The notes under the pieces are model-generated. The model was given only the letters and a program-made list of their open reading frames with translations, made no database searches and was not told the origin of the DNA. Made by a program: the position numbers and the translations under genes. Shown here piece by piece: positions 1 to 14,014 of a DNA stretch of 64,000 nucleotides (positions are counted from its first letter, which is position 1; every line of letters begins with the position of its first letter). The stretch comes from Leptogorgia sarmentosa (Eukaryota). The DNA lies in contig OZ210885.1 of assembly GCA_964658305.1 (NCBI GenBank), positions 9,238,001 to 9,302,000 of the forward strand, written 5' to 3'.

Positions 1-508
1 CCTGTTGTCCATTGAAATCTGATCCAATATAAAAACTATAATAAAAACCCGGAGTACGTGGAAATTTCAAAAAGGTGTCCCAAGTGAAGCAATCACATCA
101 CTTTTCCTGATGCACTTGTCTTTATTAAGGATTAACTCGTTCTTGCATTTGAATCATTTTTGTAGTTATTCCAAATATCTTTTAGAAATTACGAAGTTGC
201 TTCAAACTCCAAAGGGCAGAAAATCGATCGTGCGCCGTTACCAAAGCTAGCTTTTTTACTCTTTGAATAGGCCAATACAGGGTGTCTTAAAAAAGTACCT
301 GTGATTCCGGTCTGCGGCAAATGTTTAGAACCTTCCTGCTTTGCTGTGATTGATCAATTTTATAAATTCTGAATAATTTTTGCACACATTTTTGGCAAAG
401 CGAATTTTTAACCGTTGAAATAAGCTCGGATATTTTTAACCGTTGAAATAAGCTTGAAATAAGCTTTTTAACCGAGCTGAAATAACTCGGATTATTTAAG
501 AAATAGAT

Positions 509-676
509 AACGAGTCGCGTGCCATTATGCTGTTATAATGCACGAGGGAAATGTTGTGAGAATACGAGAGAATCGCGTAAAACACGAGGCGTAGCCGAGT
601 GTTTTACGCGATTCTCGAGTATTCTCACAACATTGCCCGAGTGCAATTATAACAGCATAATGGCACGCGACGAGTT
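509..676 (+). repeat. Long imperfect palindrome, the core of a non-autonomous element extending to about 1002
   Basis: Arms GTCGCGTGCCATTATGCTGTTATAAT... and ...ATTATAACAGCATAATGGCACGCGAC around a central GGC-GTA-GCC; a further copy of the arm motif lies at about 928-958. Confidence 0.8.
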
Positions 677-1282
677 TTTCTATTTCTTTTATAATATAAG
701 AGAACATTAGCGCAACAAAAAACTTCGTTAGGAAGATCAAAATTACAATTCTCTTTACATGTAATCAAGCGTGTTCTCAAATGTTACCAAGCAGCAACAC
801 AGCTTAATTCCTTTACCTGAGTGAAAGCAAACAATTCAAGCGTTTTTTATGGATGTATTTTTAGTATATATGTATTTTTATTGTCTTTTTGTCAAACCAA
901 AGAGTCGCGGAAGAAATTTAGTAACTAGACGCGTGCATTACGCTGTTATAATGCACGCTCATTAGCCAATCACGTTGCAGATTTTACCCTGCTTATATTA
1001 TAATTTATTTTAAAACTTTGAGTCACATTTCGTTCTTAATACGTTACTTATTAATTGTAAATTATTCGTATTTAAATTTGACTCGAAGTACAGTAACTGT
1101 TTATCAAGTTTTTGAGCTTTGTAAAATTTCAACGACATTTTTAAAGCGAAATCGTTTCGTTGTCGTAGCTATTTTTGTATGTTTTAATACATATTTTTGA
1201 AACGTTTAGTTTGAATTGTGTATTTCACCATTCAGCACTTAAATTTCACTCTACAATATAATTATAACTCATATAATAAACA

Positions 1283-1428
1283 AATTACTTCATGTTTGAC
1301 TCGTTTGTACGATTTTTATTCACTCGTTGTGAAAGATTAAACTCACTCGTTCGCTGCGCTCACTCGTTCGATCTTTCACAACGTTCGTGAATAAAAATCG
1401 TACGCACTCGTCAACCATGAAGTAATCT
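1283..1428 (-). repeat. Imperfect palindrome / small non-autonomous element
   Basis: ATTACTTCATG...TACGATTTTTATTCAC...GTGAATAAAAATCGTA...CATGAAGTAAT with central GCTGCGC (GC-GCA-GC on the minus strand). Confidence 0.75.
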
Positions 1429-2595
1429 CTATTTATTACAGGCAGGCATTTTTGTAAGACGAGTCCAAGTTGTCTGATGATTACGATCAAAGAATACAGT
1501 AGCTCGGAATCATTAGCAATATCGTGTTAATGTCAAAATATCGATTCCGAAGACGCATGATACAGTACATACAAAACATACAACCTGAAACAACAGTCCC
1601 ATGCAATGCTAATAATGGACACATTTATACGATGTTTGCTTCTAACACCATGGTTCAAGGTCTTTTAATATGATACCGCGGGATTTTGCAAATCACGACT
1701 GAATCATGAAGGAATTTCGACATGGTCTCGTAGGATCAACCGTGTCTGGGGTTGTCGAATCGAGGATTTAAAATAGTTCATGAATTACGGACGATGAATG
1801 AGGTCAATATTGTTTCTTACATACCTTCCTGCGTTAATAAGATCCTACGTACGGTCCAAAAATACCATCATAAAAGTTGATTCAGAATTTAACGTTGAAC
1901 TCAAATGACAAATTTGAATTGAACTTCCCTACAAACGCAAAAAAATATGGTTTTTGCCTTTCGCTTATGGTTTTCGTGGTCACGAATTAATCGGTATTAC
2001 AGTGTTTTATCGTGTATAAAAATATAGGGAATATTGGCAAGCAGCCGGCATTATTTACTGTTGGAAAGTACTATATTCATTCAGCTTTTCCGAAAAGAGG
2101 CTATAATGCGAAAACTTTGAATCTCGAAACATTGAATCTTATTGTAACGTTATGTAGTCAGTAGGACTTTTGTTGTCTTTTCATGTTGTTATTCACAACC
2201 TGGCCACATATTGAAGTTTTAACCGTTTAACCGTTTATTACATCATCAAATTGAGTTAGAAAATCAATAAAATGTTGTTGTCCACAAATAGCAAAAGCTA
2301 ATCGTGGTGGACAGCAACTACACACATTCAGAATTAAAGATGATTTCAAAATTCATTAGTAAATACAAGCACTATTCATCACCAAAAGGCATACGATAGA
2401 AATACATTCACATATACACATCCGTATATATACATTTGAAGCATCAGAGATCACTTTTTTAATCAGAATAAACTTTTCCCATGCTTGTTTTTGCCAACAA
2501 CAACATGTGATAACCAGAAAGATTATGACAAGATCTCGAACGTCAAAGAAGAGCTGATAACACCATCAACACACAGCAAAGAAAGGTTCTACTTA

Positions 2596-3705
2596 CAGTA
2601 CCGTCCTCGAGTAACATACACTCGACTCGCGCGTAGCGAGTGCGCGCGAGTCACTCGCGAGTCGTTCGAGTACTCGTTTGACTCGCTACTCGCGAGTACG
2701 CGCAAATCATGTTGGCAAGAAATACTCGCTTCACTCGCAAAATAGATCACTTGCTGCACTCGCGAGTATTTCGAGCCTGCGAGTATAAAACCAGTAAAAA
2801 CACTAAAAACACTAAAAATCAATTTGTTAATGTAAATGTTTATGTAGACATAGGTACTCACCGCATCATCAGGTATAAACACACATGTAATAATCACAAA
2901 TAACCAATGCAGGCGGTTTTCTCGTATTCGGTCAAAACTCCGTTGTCCTTGTATTCGATCAGAAGTCCCTTCCACAAGTTTTGTCAGGTTTGATGGCCGT
3001 TTAGAGCAGAATTAATCACCGAATTTTGTATAGGTTATTTTTATCCAAAGGCAGAGCAACGCGTTTATTATTTGATTATTGTTATGAGTGCGAAGTTGAC
3101 ATGTTATGAATGCGAAGTTGACATGTTATGAATGCAAGTTGACATGTTATGAATGCGAAGTTGACATGTTATTAGCATAACAGTGATACAATGAGCGATG
3201 AATTTGCATTTGTTATTTGCGCTCAGTTGAGACATCCTCATTGTCGCGTTGCTCTGCCTTTGGATAAAAATAACCTATACAAAATTCGGTGATTCATTCT
3301 GCTCTAAACGGCCATCAAACCTGACAAAACTTATGGAAGGGACTTTTTATCGAATACAAGGAAAACGGAGTTTTGACCGCTGAATACGGGAAAATCGCCT
3401 GCGTTGGTTATTTGTGATTATTACATGTGTGTTTATACCTGATGACGGAGTGAGTACCTATGTCTACATAAACTTTACTTTAACAAATTGATTTTTAGTG
3501 TTTTTACCGATTTTATACTCGCACACTCGAAATACTCGCGAGTGCAGCGAGTGATCTACTTTGCGAGTGAAGCGAGTATTTCTTGCCAACATGATTTGCG
3601 CGTACTCGCGAGTAACGAGTCAAGCGAGTACTCGAACGACTCGCGAGTGACTCGCGCGCACTCGCTACGCGCGAGTCGAGTGTATGTTACTCGAGGACGG
3701 TACTG
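2596..3705. mobile_element. Foldback MITE, Tc1/mariner-pogo-like (TA TSD), about 470-bp inverted arms
   Basis: TA|CAGTACCGTCCTCGAG...CTCGAGGACGGTACTG|TA; the arms align over hundreds of bp; internal 22-bp tandem repeat at about 3085-3172. Confidence 0.85.
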
Positions 3706-3823
3706 TAAACGACACATTTGACATTTCGAGTAATGGCCCACCTTCCGGCGGCAATTTGTAATTAAGTAACTCCCAACGAAGGGCCTTCGCTCAAAACGTC
3801 GAATCTTCTGATGATCACACAGG

Positions 3824-4187
3824 CAGGGGCGAAATTTAAGGGGGGGGGGGGGGGGTTAGGGGAGGTGACTAACCCCCCCCCCCCCCCAATGCTTAACTTT
3901 CCAGGGCAAAGAGGGAGTTCGCAGGGCAAAACGAAATAAATATATATTCATTTGAAAAAAATTGATTATCAAGAGTTTTAAATTGCCATTAAAGTTTACA
4001 TGAAACGTTGTAGTCCTTGTAAGCCGACCCGCGGAAAAGACTTGGCACCGGGCACCTCCCCCCCCCCGGCCGCCAACAATTTTGGAATATTTTCTACGGT
4101 CTTGGTTATGTTGCAGTGTATTCCATTTTCTTGCAGGGCATTTTTGCCCATAACCTGCCCATTGAGAAGTTGCAAGTTTCGCCCCTG
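3824..4187 (+). mobile_element. hAT-type MITE (TIR CAGGGGCGAAA, 8-bp TSD CACACAGG)
   Basis: TIRs and an exact 8-bp TSD on both sides; an inverted homologous copy lies at 55594-55931. Confidence 0.9.
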
Positions 4188-4280
4188 CACACAGGCGGGA
4201 TGTTATGAAGATAAAACTTGCATGAATCTTGCAACATTTGGGGAAATTTTGTCGAGGCCTTTAATGTGTGTTATGCCAGG

Positions 4281-4613
4281 ATAAGCGTACGGGCTACATT
4301 TTTTCAGGGTGGCAGAAAGATCTTCGCCCGAATTTGAGGGTAGCGAATTTCACGAGGCTGGCCATGGTGGCGCCGAGCGAGAAATTTTTTAACTTTTACA
4401 ACCTCTGGTTTCAACCCCTGGCGATTTCAGAGTCCTAACTCCACTTTCTTGGTACGCTCGTTCAGGTGAACGACTGGAGCATTGTTGACATTACCTTATT
4501 CCTCAGATTTTTGCCCGAAATATGCTCAAAATCAGTGCCCGAATTTTCCAATTTGAATTTTTTTGGGGGGGGGGCAGTTGCCCCCCTTGCCCCACCCGCC
4601 TCGTACGCCTATG
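4281..4613. mobile_element. Degenerate MITE of the CATAGGCGTACG-TIR family
   Basis: ATAAGCGTACGGGC...CCTCGTACGCCTATG ends match the termini of the 53615-54747 element; TSD not clean. Confidence 0.55.
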
Positions 4614-4824
4614 CAAGGATCTTACAAGATCATTATTGAATGATAATACAATCTTGGCAAGAGCATGGCAAGATCTTGGATCATGGGTAATTGTGGCAAC
4701 AGAATGGGAAGATCCAGCAAAATCATGAAGATTTAGAAATACAGATACAAAAGGAGATAAAGATACAAAAGGAGAGAAACTACCCACAAAAAATGAAATC
4801 CTAATTTTAACATTATGTTGAAGT

Positions 4825-7800
4825 TGGGTTAATGTCTGAGTGCGATGACTGATTATCGACAACCAGCAAATTTTTTTTCCACTATCTACATATTAAATGA
4901 CACCACAAGGTTTGACATTTTGAACAACTGGCCGAACTGGGCTCCCTGTCAGGAAATATTGTGGGAGATGAGAGACACATGGGGTTATATACAATTGCAT
5001 TAAGTAGGTAATCTATATATGTAGGTGACTAAAATAAAAACCATATTGGAAAACCATTGACAACAAAGATGTTAATATGTTCACCCTCATAAAAATAATA
5101 TGTGCACTTTTCCTTAACTATCAACACTGATTCTCGATCAAGGAGCACCTCATGCTTGTCGATTCTGTTATCCGCTGGTAATACTGACCACATTCTGATG
5201 TTTGTTACTAGACAATTAACTTACCTTAATTTATTTTATAATCTCAGGAAACTAAATGTTCTAATTTGGCAGCCTTGATTCAGGTTGAAAATCAAGTTTT
5301 TCACACTATGTACTGTTGTTGGATGATGTCAACAGCTGAACCAATCACATTTCTATAAGGAGATAAGAAAATGGGGCAGAGCCAGTGTTAATTTTGACAA
5401 GAAATCAACAATTTCATTGATGTTTCATAGACCAACTAAATGTTGTGGTCTACTTTATTGTAACATATGACCCAAACTAAAAAATCAGTGCCCCCTCCCC
5501 TTGTTAATTCTCCCCCACCCCCCCCCCCCCATCTAAACTCTAAGATATTGGCAAAGTACAGGAATATATGATAAATGAGGTAATCAATGTGAGAATTATA
5601 TATACTGTAGCTACCATGTTTAAGACCTGATCATGACCAGGGATGGGAAGTAAAACACTTAATGTTCTTTGGCAGTATCTGTGACAGTTTGATTTTGTTT
5701 GGACAGTATTATATAACAACTGAGCAATAACAACCAACCATCTGCACAAATACAAGGTAAATCTACATGAACTTAAAGTTATTACTCAACAAGTGACTAT
5801 ATCTCGGTCGGTCAGAATGCTGGTCTGGAATCTCATGGTTACAATTCCTGACAGTCAGGTTTTATAGATTCAAACAGTTTATAAACTTATCATAAGCTAA
5901 CAAATCTGACAATGAAAATTAAAGTAAAATGTGCGAGAGGCAGGGGATTTTTCCAGTAAGTGGCAGAAAGAAATTCATGTCTAGCTTGACAGTTTATGTA
6001 CATGCAAAATGGAAATTAAGGAATGAAAAACATGTGGGCAAAAAACATGCATGATTTGTTTTGCAGTTTCAGGCCCAGTCATATTCTTTCTGCAATAAAA
6101 TTTGGATTTCACATTCAATGCATTAGTTTCAATCAGCAATTCAATCCATCCAGATTGAAATCAAAATCAAAATTGACTCAATCCAAAATGAGTTGTAACT
6201 CAATTCAGATTGATGTAGTCAAATCTAATCCAATCCCTTATTAGCCTTATGATTTCAAAACACAAATGAAATATGTAGATCTGATCTAAATCTGAGGTAA
6301 AAACACTCTAAATTCAATTGTGACACTTGAAATTTGCAGTGAAATATAACATCAGTATGTAAATCAATATGGTTTTATAGAACTTCACTCAATGTGAAAA
6401 TTTTTGAGGGGAGTTAATGTGTCTTAATATTGAGTAAAAATTATACACATGCTGGGACAGTTGCTGCAATGTATTAAAATGCTCCAAAATGTCTTTTTGT
6501 CAAATTTCTGGTTGTGTAGTTTTTATTTTTTGATGGGTGTTAAGTGTAAAATACATTTTTTTAATAGAGAAGCAAAATGCATGTAATATGGGGGTCACAT
6601 ATCGTTTCCCTGCTACTAAAATCTTGAAGGGAATGGTAATTTCATCAGCCCAGGAGATTGAAATCCTTGTAACATCAAAACATGATTGAATTCTTGTGGT
6701 ATAAAACAGCTATAAATATATGTAACACAAAACTTGTTTGCTGGGCAAATAATAGAATTGTCTTCACTATTTAACAAATTTATATTAAGCATAGTATAAT
6801 TGTACTGAAAGAATGTGGGTTAGCAGAGCAAAAGCTAGAGGTTTTGGTGGTGTTTTTAGAGCAAGTGAAGGCGCTGTGTAACAGGGAATGCTCTGGACTT
6901 ATGTGCCATGCTAGGAATCACCAGCTAGGTCACAAACTACTGATGCAATATACAACTTGATGCATGCTGTACTACAGTATAAAGTCAATGATGATAGGGT
7001 TAGAGTTTCTATATCATTTATTAATGTATGTCTGAACACAGCTCGGCTTAGTCACTGCCAAGAAATTTGTATGGAATGGGCTGGAATGCCTTAGAGAAGC
7101 TGTAGGAAAAATCATTAATGAAGGGGACAAAATTAGCCACTGAATTCACCAAAGTGTACAGTATATATTGTTATGAGCACCCTGTTTAATGAGAAGGTGA
7201 ATTTTGATAGACTTCTATCAGCCAACGTAATTGCTGATATTATTTCACTAATATTAAATCATGATTGTAACCCTGTCATATGAAATGCAGCTATAAATAT
7301 TTGTAAGCAAATCTTGCTTAATAAGCCATATTCCCCTCATGAGCAATTTCTATTAGCATTAGTAATATCAGTATTGAAAAATTCCGTGTTAACAGAGCGA
7401 AAACTTTTAGGTTTTGGTGGAGTTTTCAGCAAATAAATTCTGATAGGGATATAAATTCGCTTGAAATGGCGATCAATACAATCATGTATGGCAAAATATA
7501 AACGTACAGCATGAAGATTTAGCTTCCGGCTTTGGCCCTTCGCAGTTCGTTCATTATTTCGAGCATATTATACCTATTTGTAAACTTATTACGGTTGAAT
7601 ATATTTGTTCCGTCATTTGTGTCGTTCATGTCTAACGTATTTTCCTTCCAACGGGTATATTGCTTCCCTAACACACGGCATCTTCGCAGCTCTGTGACGG
7701 GAAATCCTACGGGAATTTCTTTGGTTTACTAGACATTTAAATCAAACTCACCTCCTTTGTTATCCCCTGCCCCACTTTCAATTATTCGTCAATGTAGTAT

Positions 7801-10800
7801 GATTGCGATTATATTGACAGAGAACGAAATACATGAAACTCACTGCTACAATAAAGCACAGAGTGGCTAAAATATTAAAACTCTGAGTGTAATCAGAACA
7901 TGGCTTGAGAAAAGGGGAAATCCCTTTCAATTTCCGGCAGATTAAAATTCAGCCTGCGAGAACTTGAGAATGCCTTGGAAAATAGTTTTAAATTCCTTGA
8001 ATTTTCCTTTAGTTTCTATCAATATGTCACTTCGATTTCTCTATCGTGCTACCATCAGACGTGAAAGTCAAACATATTTTATAACTATATTGTATACAAA
8101 GAGAAAATGACGGTAACACATCTATCTAAGGCTTAAAATGTCGCTAAATCATAAAATGTCCCCAGTGCCAGTGGATCGATTTTCGCCCTACTTGTCCGTC
8201 AAATGAAACTCCAAATTTACGCCATTTGAACAACCAATTGTACTATATTGTGTTGTCTTTAAGGCAAACACTTCTGTTCCCGAATATAATCTCCTTTGAG
8301 TTTCAAAACGAAAGCGGAATTAATCTTTAGGCTATGACATGGCAGATTCCTCGCTGTTGACCATGATATCTATTTCTACTACATAAGTATACGCCTCCCA
8401 TAATTATCAATTGCATTGAGGAGAGCACTTAATAACATGTCAGGCTACCTTGACGCCCGGGTGTTCCTCGGTAATTATCTTCGGAATAATATTTAATTTG
8501 AATATTTTAATACTCAATGCATTAGGTAATGTCGAGGGTGATCGGGGGACGATCGCCGCACGTTCCGAACAGTTTACGAACCCCGAGGTAGCCTGACCCT
8601 ATGTTATTAAGTGCTGTCCTTGCAGTTAAATGGTTCATTTCAAAACATTTTTGGACATAGCTAATAAAAAATAGGTACACAACGCTACATGTACTGCGCC
8701 CAGCTTACTTAGTTATAAAATTATATATGGCAAATTGCGCAAATACCGATTCATAAAACTTGAGGTTGTCCTAGTTACAGTTTTTCAGTACATGATATAA
8801 GTTTCGTGACTACCTCGCATTCTAGAATTCGCGCGACCATATCAAATTGCATAAGACTCGAAACATGACGACATATGATAACACATTAATTTTTATGTTA
8901 TTGCGTCTGTACAATAGCGACAGCGCTTTGCGATTGTTTGTGAAAAATGTGGCTTTCCACGGACCTAGTTTACCTTTTGTATGTACTTAAAACCATATTA
9001 TATACACAATATTCTGTTCATTCACGCAACATTGGTGTAGAAGACGGTAATATATATGATCCGTATACGCGTAGATACAAAACAGGATACTTTAGACTAT
9101 ATAAGATTTCCTTTGTTTTGTTTCACGCTCATCTAAATTGCACAAACTCGTTTTATTACAAAATACAAAATACAAGGTATTCTCCTGATTTCCTGGTGTT
9201 GAATGTTTCAACAATTCTGTATGACGAGGCGTCAAAACATTTGCATATATTGCATGATCACTGTGACACTGCCGACAGTCCAAGCATGTACAAATATGTC
9301 AATGCCGACACGCTCAAAGTATCGTAGGCATGAGGTTACACGTTGTGTGAGGATTTTAGTTGCAACTTATATTTATAATATTCAAGACGTATTAGATTTC
9401 AATAAATATATGCAATTAGAACGCATCCCTGTCTTGTCGTGTCCCAGCTATAAAATCATGTAAATGCATAATATCACCTCATTACTACCCTCATTACAAT
9501 CTCTAAATTTTTATCCTAACTACACCTGTCTACAGCATACAACTTAAACTTCATCTGATATACCAGAATATGATTTTTAATTTCTGCACATTCACTGCGG
9601 ATCAGTATAGATAGTATCGTGCAAAATATAACGCGAAACCTGCTCAGCATAAACAATTTTGTGTGGCATTCTTGATCGGTAATCCCTTCGATTTGTAAGC
9701 GTGGATTATACAGTCTTCCTATATTCTTGTTAGCATATTATAACCCAGCAAAAAATTGAGGAAGCTACAGCCCACTCTGGGCCATGGGCTCTGCTGCGCT
9801 TGTAGAAAATAGTTCCAATTTCTCGAATGATATTTTTAAAGACTTTGTATTCTAGTACCCTACATTGCAAAGGCATAGGAAAATATCCGCGAGTACACGC
9901 AGTCTGCATTCCGCAGTAATCGCATTGGCCGAGTCAAGCTAGGAAGGTTACATTTCGATCGAAATATTTTTAATACAGCAAATATCGTTTTATGTCATAA
10001 CGTACAGTCTTTACCGTGTAAAAGTACGAAACATAAAAGCGTAAAGATTTTTGTTCCATAACAATGATCTTCTAAGAATTTAATTGAGAAGAAGAACGCG
10101 TGGTGAACCCATGAGTAAACACACTGAATTGCAATCCATCTTGATAGGTCGTATTAATTATTATTCACATTTTCTGATGCCATACAATTTTATTTGTCAA
10201 ATGGAAACCACTTTCTTGTTTACTCATCCTAACTTAATGTGAAACAAATTTCATACGCAGATCTTGATCAACGTATTTTTCAAGTTAAATCCTCACTACA
10301 ATATCACTTGAGTGGCAAGCTAAAACATTACATCTGGCAAATATCTGTCTCAACGCGTCTTTGCGCACAATACCTAATCTCAATGGCTTTGAAGGTCAAG
10401 TATGCTTGATATTATTGTAGCTACGATCTTTTGATCAGTGATGTGAGATAAAGCAAAAGAGAAAAACGATGTATTAAATGTTTTGGTGATTGTAATAAAT
10501 GTAGTGGTGTCCAAAAGAATGAGGCCGTAGGTGTTATGGAAAATTCGCATTGGGAACATTTCTTTGAAGCCGCGACACACATGAAATGAAATAATGATAT
10601 TTGATACGAATTGTGTTTATAATGTGCTAGACTGACACAGCGAGCTAGCAACCGAAATGTTTTCAATTGCATGAAGCGCATAAAACGTCTTTAAGGCAAC
10701 ATGAATGCTCACTCCAATAGCTGCATTTAGGGATGGAAAATAACCACTCATTCAATGTCGTCTCTATCAATCACGTTATTCATTTATAAGTGGAACTGCT

Positions 10801-11453
10801 AAATCTTCTAGTCCGACTCATTTCCTAAGCCTAACCTCGACCTCCATAAGTCCATAAAGTTCCGCGTTTTTGTATCGCAGCTTTTCCAAGCCTGATTTAC
10901 GCCTTTTTTGTGGATATTATATTAATTTATAAAATTTACTGTCATTTCTCAGTAATTTCTTAGTACACACCCCACTTCGTTAATTCTTGAGATAGTAACT
11001 TCGAAGCCAAAAAATATACTAGTGTAGTATGCTACTCAAGTTCAGTGACCTGGTCTAGCAGAAACATTATCTGTATGTATATTAACTATAACTCTGTGTA
11101 TAGTAAATCTCAGTATGAGTCTATAAATCAGGATCAAGACCTTTCGGTGATTTCAACGAACAAAGGCAACTGATACTTGTAGGTGAATCAGCAGATATCT
11201 CACATCATAACAGTGAGAATATTTCAGCGCATATTATGAAATTTCACACTAATAATCAGTCATTATAGCTATAAGTGCATTATATAGGAGCGATATGTAA
11301 AAATTATGTTAGGTTAACCTTTTCAGTTTTAAAACCTACAATATTTTTGCAAATACTTCCAAATCATTCTGAGTCATGTCTCGTATTGCATATTTCAATA
11401 AATATGAGTAGACCTTGTCTGTGCTTTTGCCTTGTCTTATGGTTATGCAAGCT
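4825..11453 (+). repeat. Left arm of a large inverted segmental duplication (non-coding)
   Basis: Colinear reverse-complement match to 23302-34233; paired near-identical spurious ORFs 7532/31965, 8947/30098, 9203/29962, 10421/24111 and 11275/23300. Confidence 0.95.
8424..8615. mobile_element. Small palindromic MITE, also present in the right arm at about 30819-31013
   Basis: AGCACTTAATAACA(TAGG)GTCAGGCTAC...GTAGCCTGACCCTATGTTATTAAGTGCT inverted termini. Confidence 0.6.
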
Positions 11454-13731
11454 ATAACAATAACATGTGTAGGTATAGCATTATATAACACGCTGAAACG
11501 GGAAAATATTCAATTCGAATCCATACATTTATCCATCTTAGAATAATTCACATTTCTCGTATTGTATAGCATATTTTAAGATCATTTTGCACCACATTCC
11601 AAAGGCATTTGCGAGTGTACACAGTCTGCATTCCACAATAATCGCGTTGGCCAATTGACACTAGAAATATTATGTTTCTTACCTTTAATTATTTGAGTAT
11701 GTCTATCGCAACATTTTGAATAAATCTTTTCTTGTGCTATATCGTACGGTCTTTACGTTCAAGTACCAAACATAAAAGTGTAAAGACTTCTGTTCCCATA
11801 CCAAGACTTCATTTAGTTTCAAAACGAAAGCGGAAATAAATCATTAGGCCGTATACGAAAAATCTTGCTGACGTGCTCACTCTTGTTGCTGCATTCCCGG
11901 AAGTTGGATATCAGTCATTCTTGAGATACGCGTAAAATATGGAAAAGAACAGCGAGCCATGGGAAAAGAGTTGAAAGAAAAGCCAAGATTGAAGGCATCA
12001 TACATTAAATGTCTGTAGTCTGTACGGTATTGAAGTTCAAGATCGCACTGCTCTTTTGAGTCAGGTAATTATAGAACTTATTCAGCTGGGTTTTTTTTAT
12101 TATAAAGATATGTAATTGGACCTCTACATGGCGTTTTTGGTGGTTAATCCTGTGGTACTCGCAGGGTCTATAGGGACCGTTCATTGTTGAACTGATAATC
12201 AAAGAGTGCTATATTGGACTTTCCTTTGAATGATGTTTTAGGTATTTAGATCTGGTTTTATAGGTATGATCATGTATTGTGGGTATTAGGTTTTAGTTCT
12301 TTTTTTTATTTAGTCTGTCTAGGTGTTTAAAATGTCCAGCTAGTCCGTGTTGTAGTGTGTCGCCGTATGTTATAAATGACCAAAACACGATATCCGCGCA
12401 GGGCCTATATTATAAGACCGTCCTGCGAGGTGTTTTTTAGGAAGACACGCATATAACACAGATACACACATATACATATAAGTTTATACATTCCACGTGC
12501 ACGCAATTAAAAAAGTGAAAAATAAATTCTACAATTAATGTAGTGAATTAAAAACTGTAAAAGGTGAGAGAAAGGCATTGTGGATATGGTTGTAGGATGG
12601 TATCGTGGTATGGTTGTGGTATTTATTAATACCGGGGAAAAGATGAAACGAACCTTCTGTTCAGGCAATTCCTGTAGTAGCTACCTTCAGAGGAGTATGG
12701 CTGGTGAACAAGACAAGGAGTTACAATTAGTTGTATAACCGAACACATTTGTAACAGACCAGGGCACTTAGGGCATTGTGAATATATGTAGCTACGGATC
12801 CATTGGGGTGACAAGGATCATATGTGACGATTTCATTACTTTAATAAACTGTAACATTTTACATATATCGATGTTAAAATCGGTGAAACAAAAATCTCAG
12901 CGACATTGTTCAACTTGTCAACAACACACGAGGCATAAAAATAGATACGTCAAAAGTTCGAACTGGAATGCATTACGCAATATCAATTCAATTCATTCGT
13001 TGACTGTTGTTGAGATAAATACTATGATGAAACAAGTTAAAGATGTATCAAATTTTATTAATATCTCCCAGACACGCAATATAGCTTTTGAGGAAAATGT
13101 CCGCAACTATTTTCAAAGGGAAAGTCAGAAGAAACGGCTCGTAGATGTTTGTCGGACTAGACGGGTGGTCAGGGTGGAGCGTATATTGCTGGTTTGGATA
13201 CATTTATTGAGCTATTTGTCCGTTATCAATTTAGCTTTACAACTCAAATTTAACACCGACAGCCTTAAGGGTTGGGTGGACTAAGATGATGACTTTGAGA
13301 GAGAAAGGGCTAGACATCCAATAATTGTTTAGTACAGCTCGCATATCGTTTTACCGACATCGACATATATAAATTTCAATAAAAGTTAAAATTTATTAAA
13401 ATTCAATTGAAAATTCAATTCAATAAATGATGGTTTTGAAAATCTGTATTTCGCGAAAATTAATGCCCTTTTTCCATTTTTGGTCATCGAAGTCGCGAAA
13501 ATAAACTCTCGCTAAATATGGGTTTGACAAAATCGCGAAATTAAGTACGCGCGAAATTAAGTACGAATAAGGTAGTTTCTTGATAGCAGTGCATGGTAAT
13601 GCAAGATTTTAAAGTAATAAATTCCTCTGTACGTCATGGAATATATGCTCTAAAAATATATTTCTAGGTTTCGCTGAAATATAATCAACCATCTGAAGGG
13701 AAACTGATTGAAAATGTCATTTTCATTTTAG

Positions 13732-14014
13732 TTGTCTTTCAAGCCAGGAAATGATAACAACAGAAGGAGCAGTTACATACTTCCAAGTGTCAACATATGA
13801 CTGGTCATTCGATGATGGTCCGTTTGGCGAGATTGTTGGCATAAGCGATGCAAAGGAATGGGTAAAAAATGCAATGAGATCTTGCACCACATTCGTGAAA
13901 AGACCCAGGATGAATCGATTTATCCAAGACACCCTTGTTGGTTTGCCCAAAACTGACCACTGGCAAGGTTGCCTGAAAAGTAGGGTGGTGTGTTCCAACT
14001 ATAATAATTGTTAA
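13732..14014 (+). other. Possible terminal exon or pseudo-exon of an unidentified gene
   Basis: Pyrimidine-rich acceptor TTTTCATTTTAG followed by a protein-like open frame (YFQVSTYDWSFDDGPFGEIVG); family not recognised. Confidence 0.3.

Noticed and set aside
2485..3741. Paired ORFs on opposite strands
   Set aside because: Artefacts of the inverted arms of the foldback MITE.
3765..3808. Hammerhead-ribozyme-like motif of Penelope/retrozyme type (ACGAAGGGCCTTCGCTCAAAACGTCG; weaker echo near 15860)
   Set aside because: The catalytic core boxes CTGAnGA and GAAA are both mutated; at most a dead remnant.
7532..11457. Short ORFs that recur at 23300-33233
   Set aside because: Their recurrence reflects the recent inverted duplication; no recognisable domains or exon structure.
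11850..12800. Possible Penelope-like RT/GIY-YIG remnants
   Set aside because: Only faint peptide resemblance across stops and frameshifts; cannot be supported without a BLASTX search.
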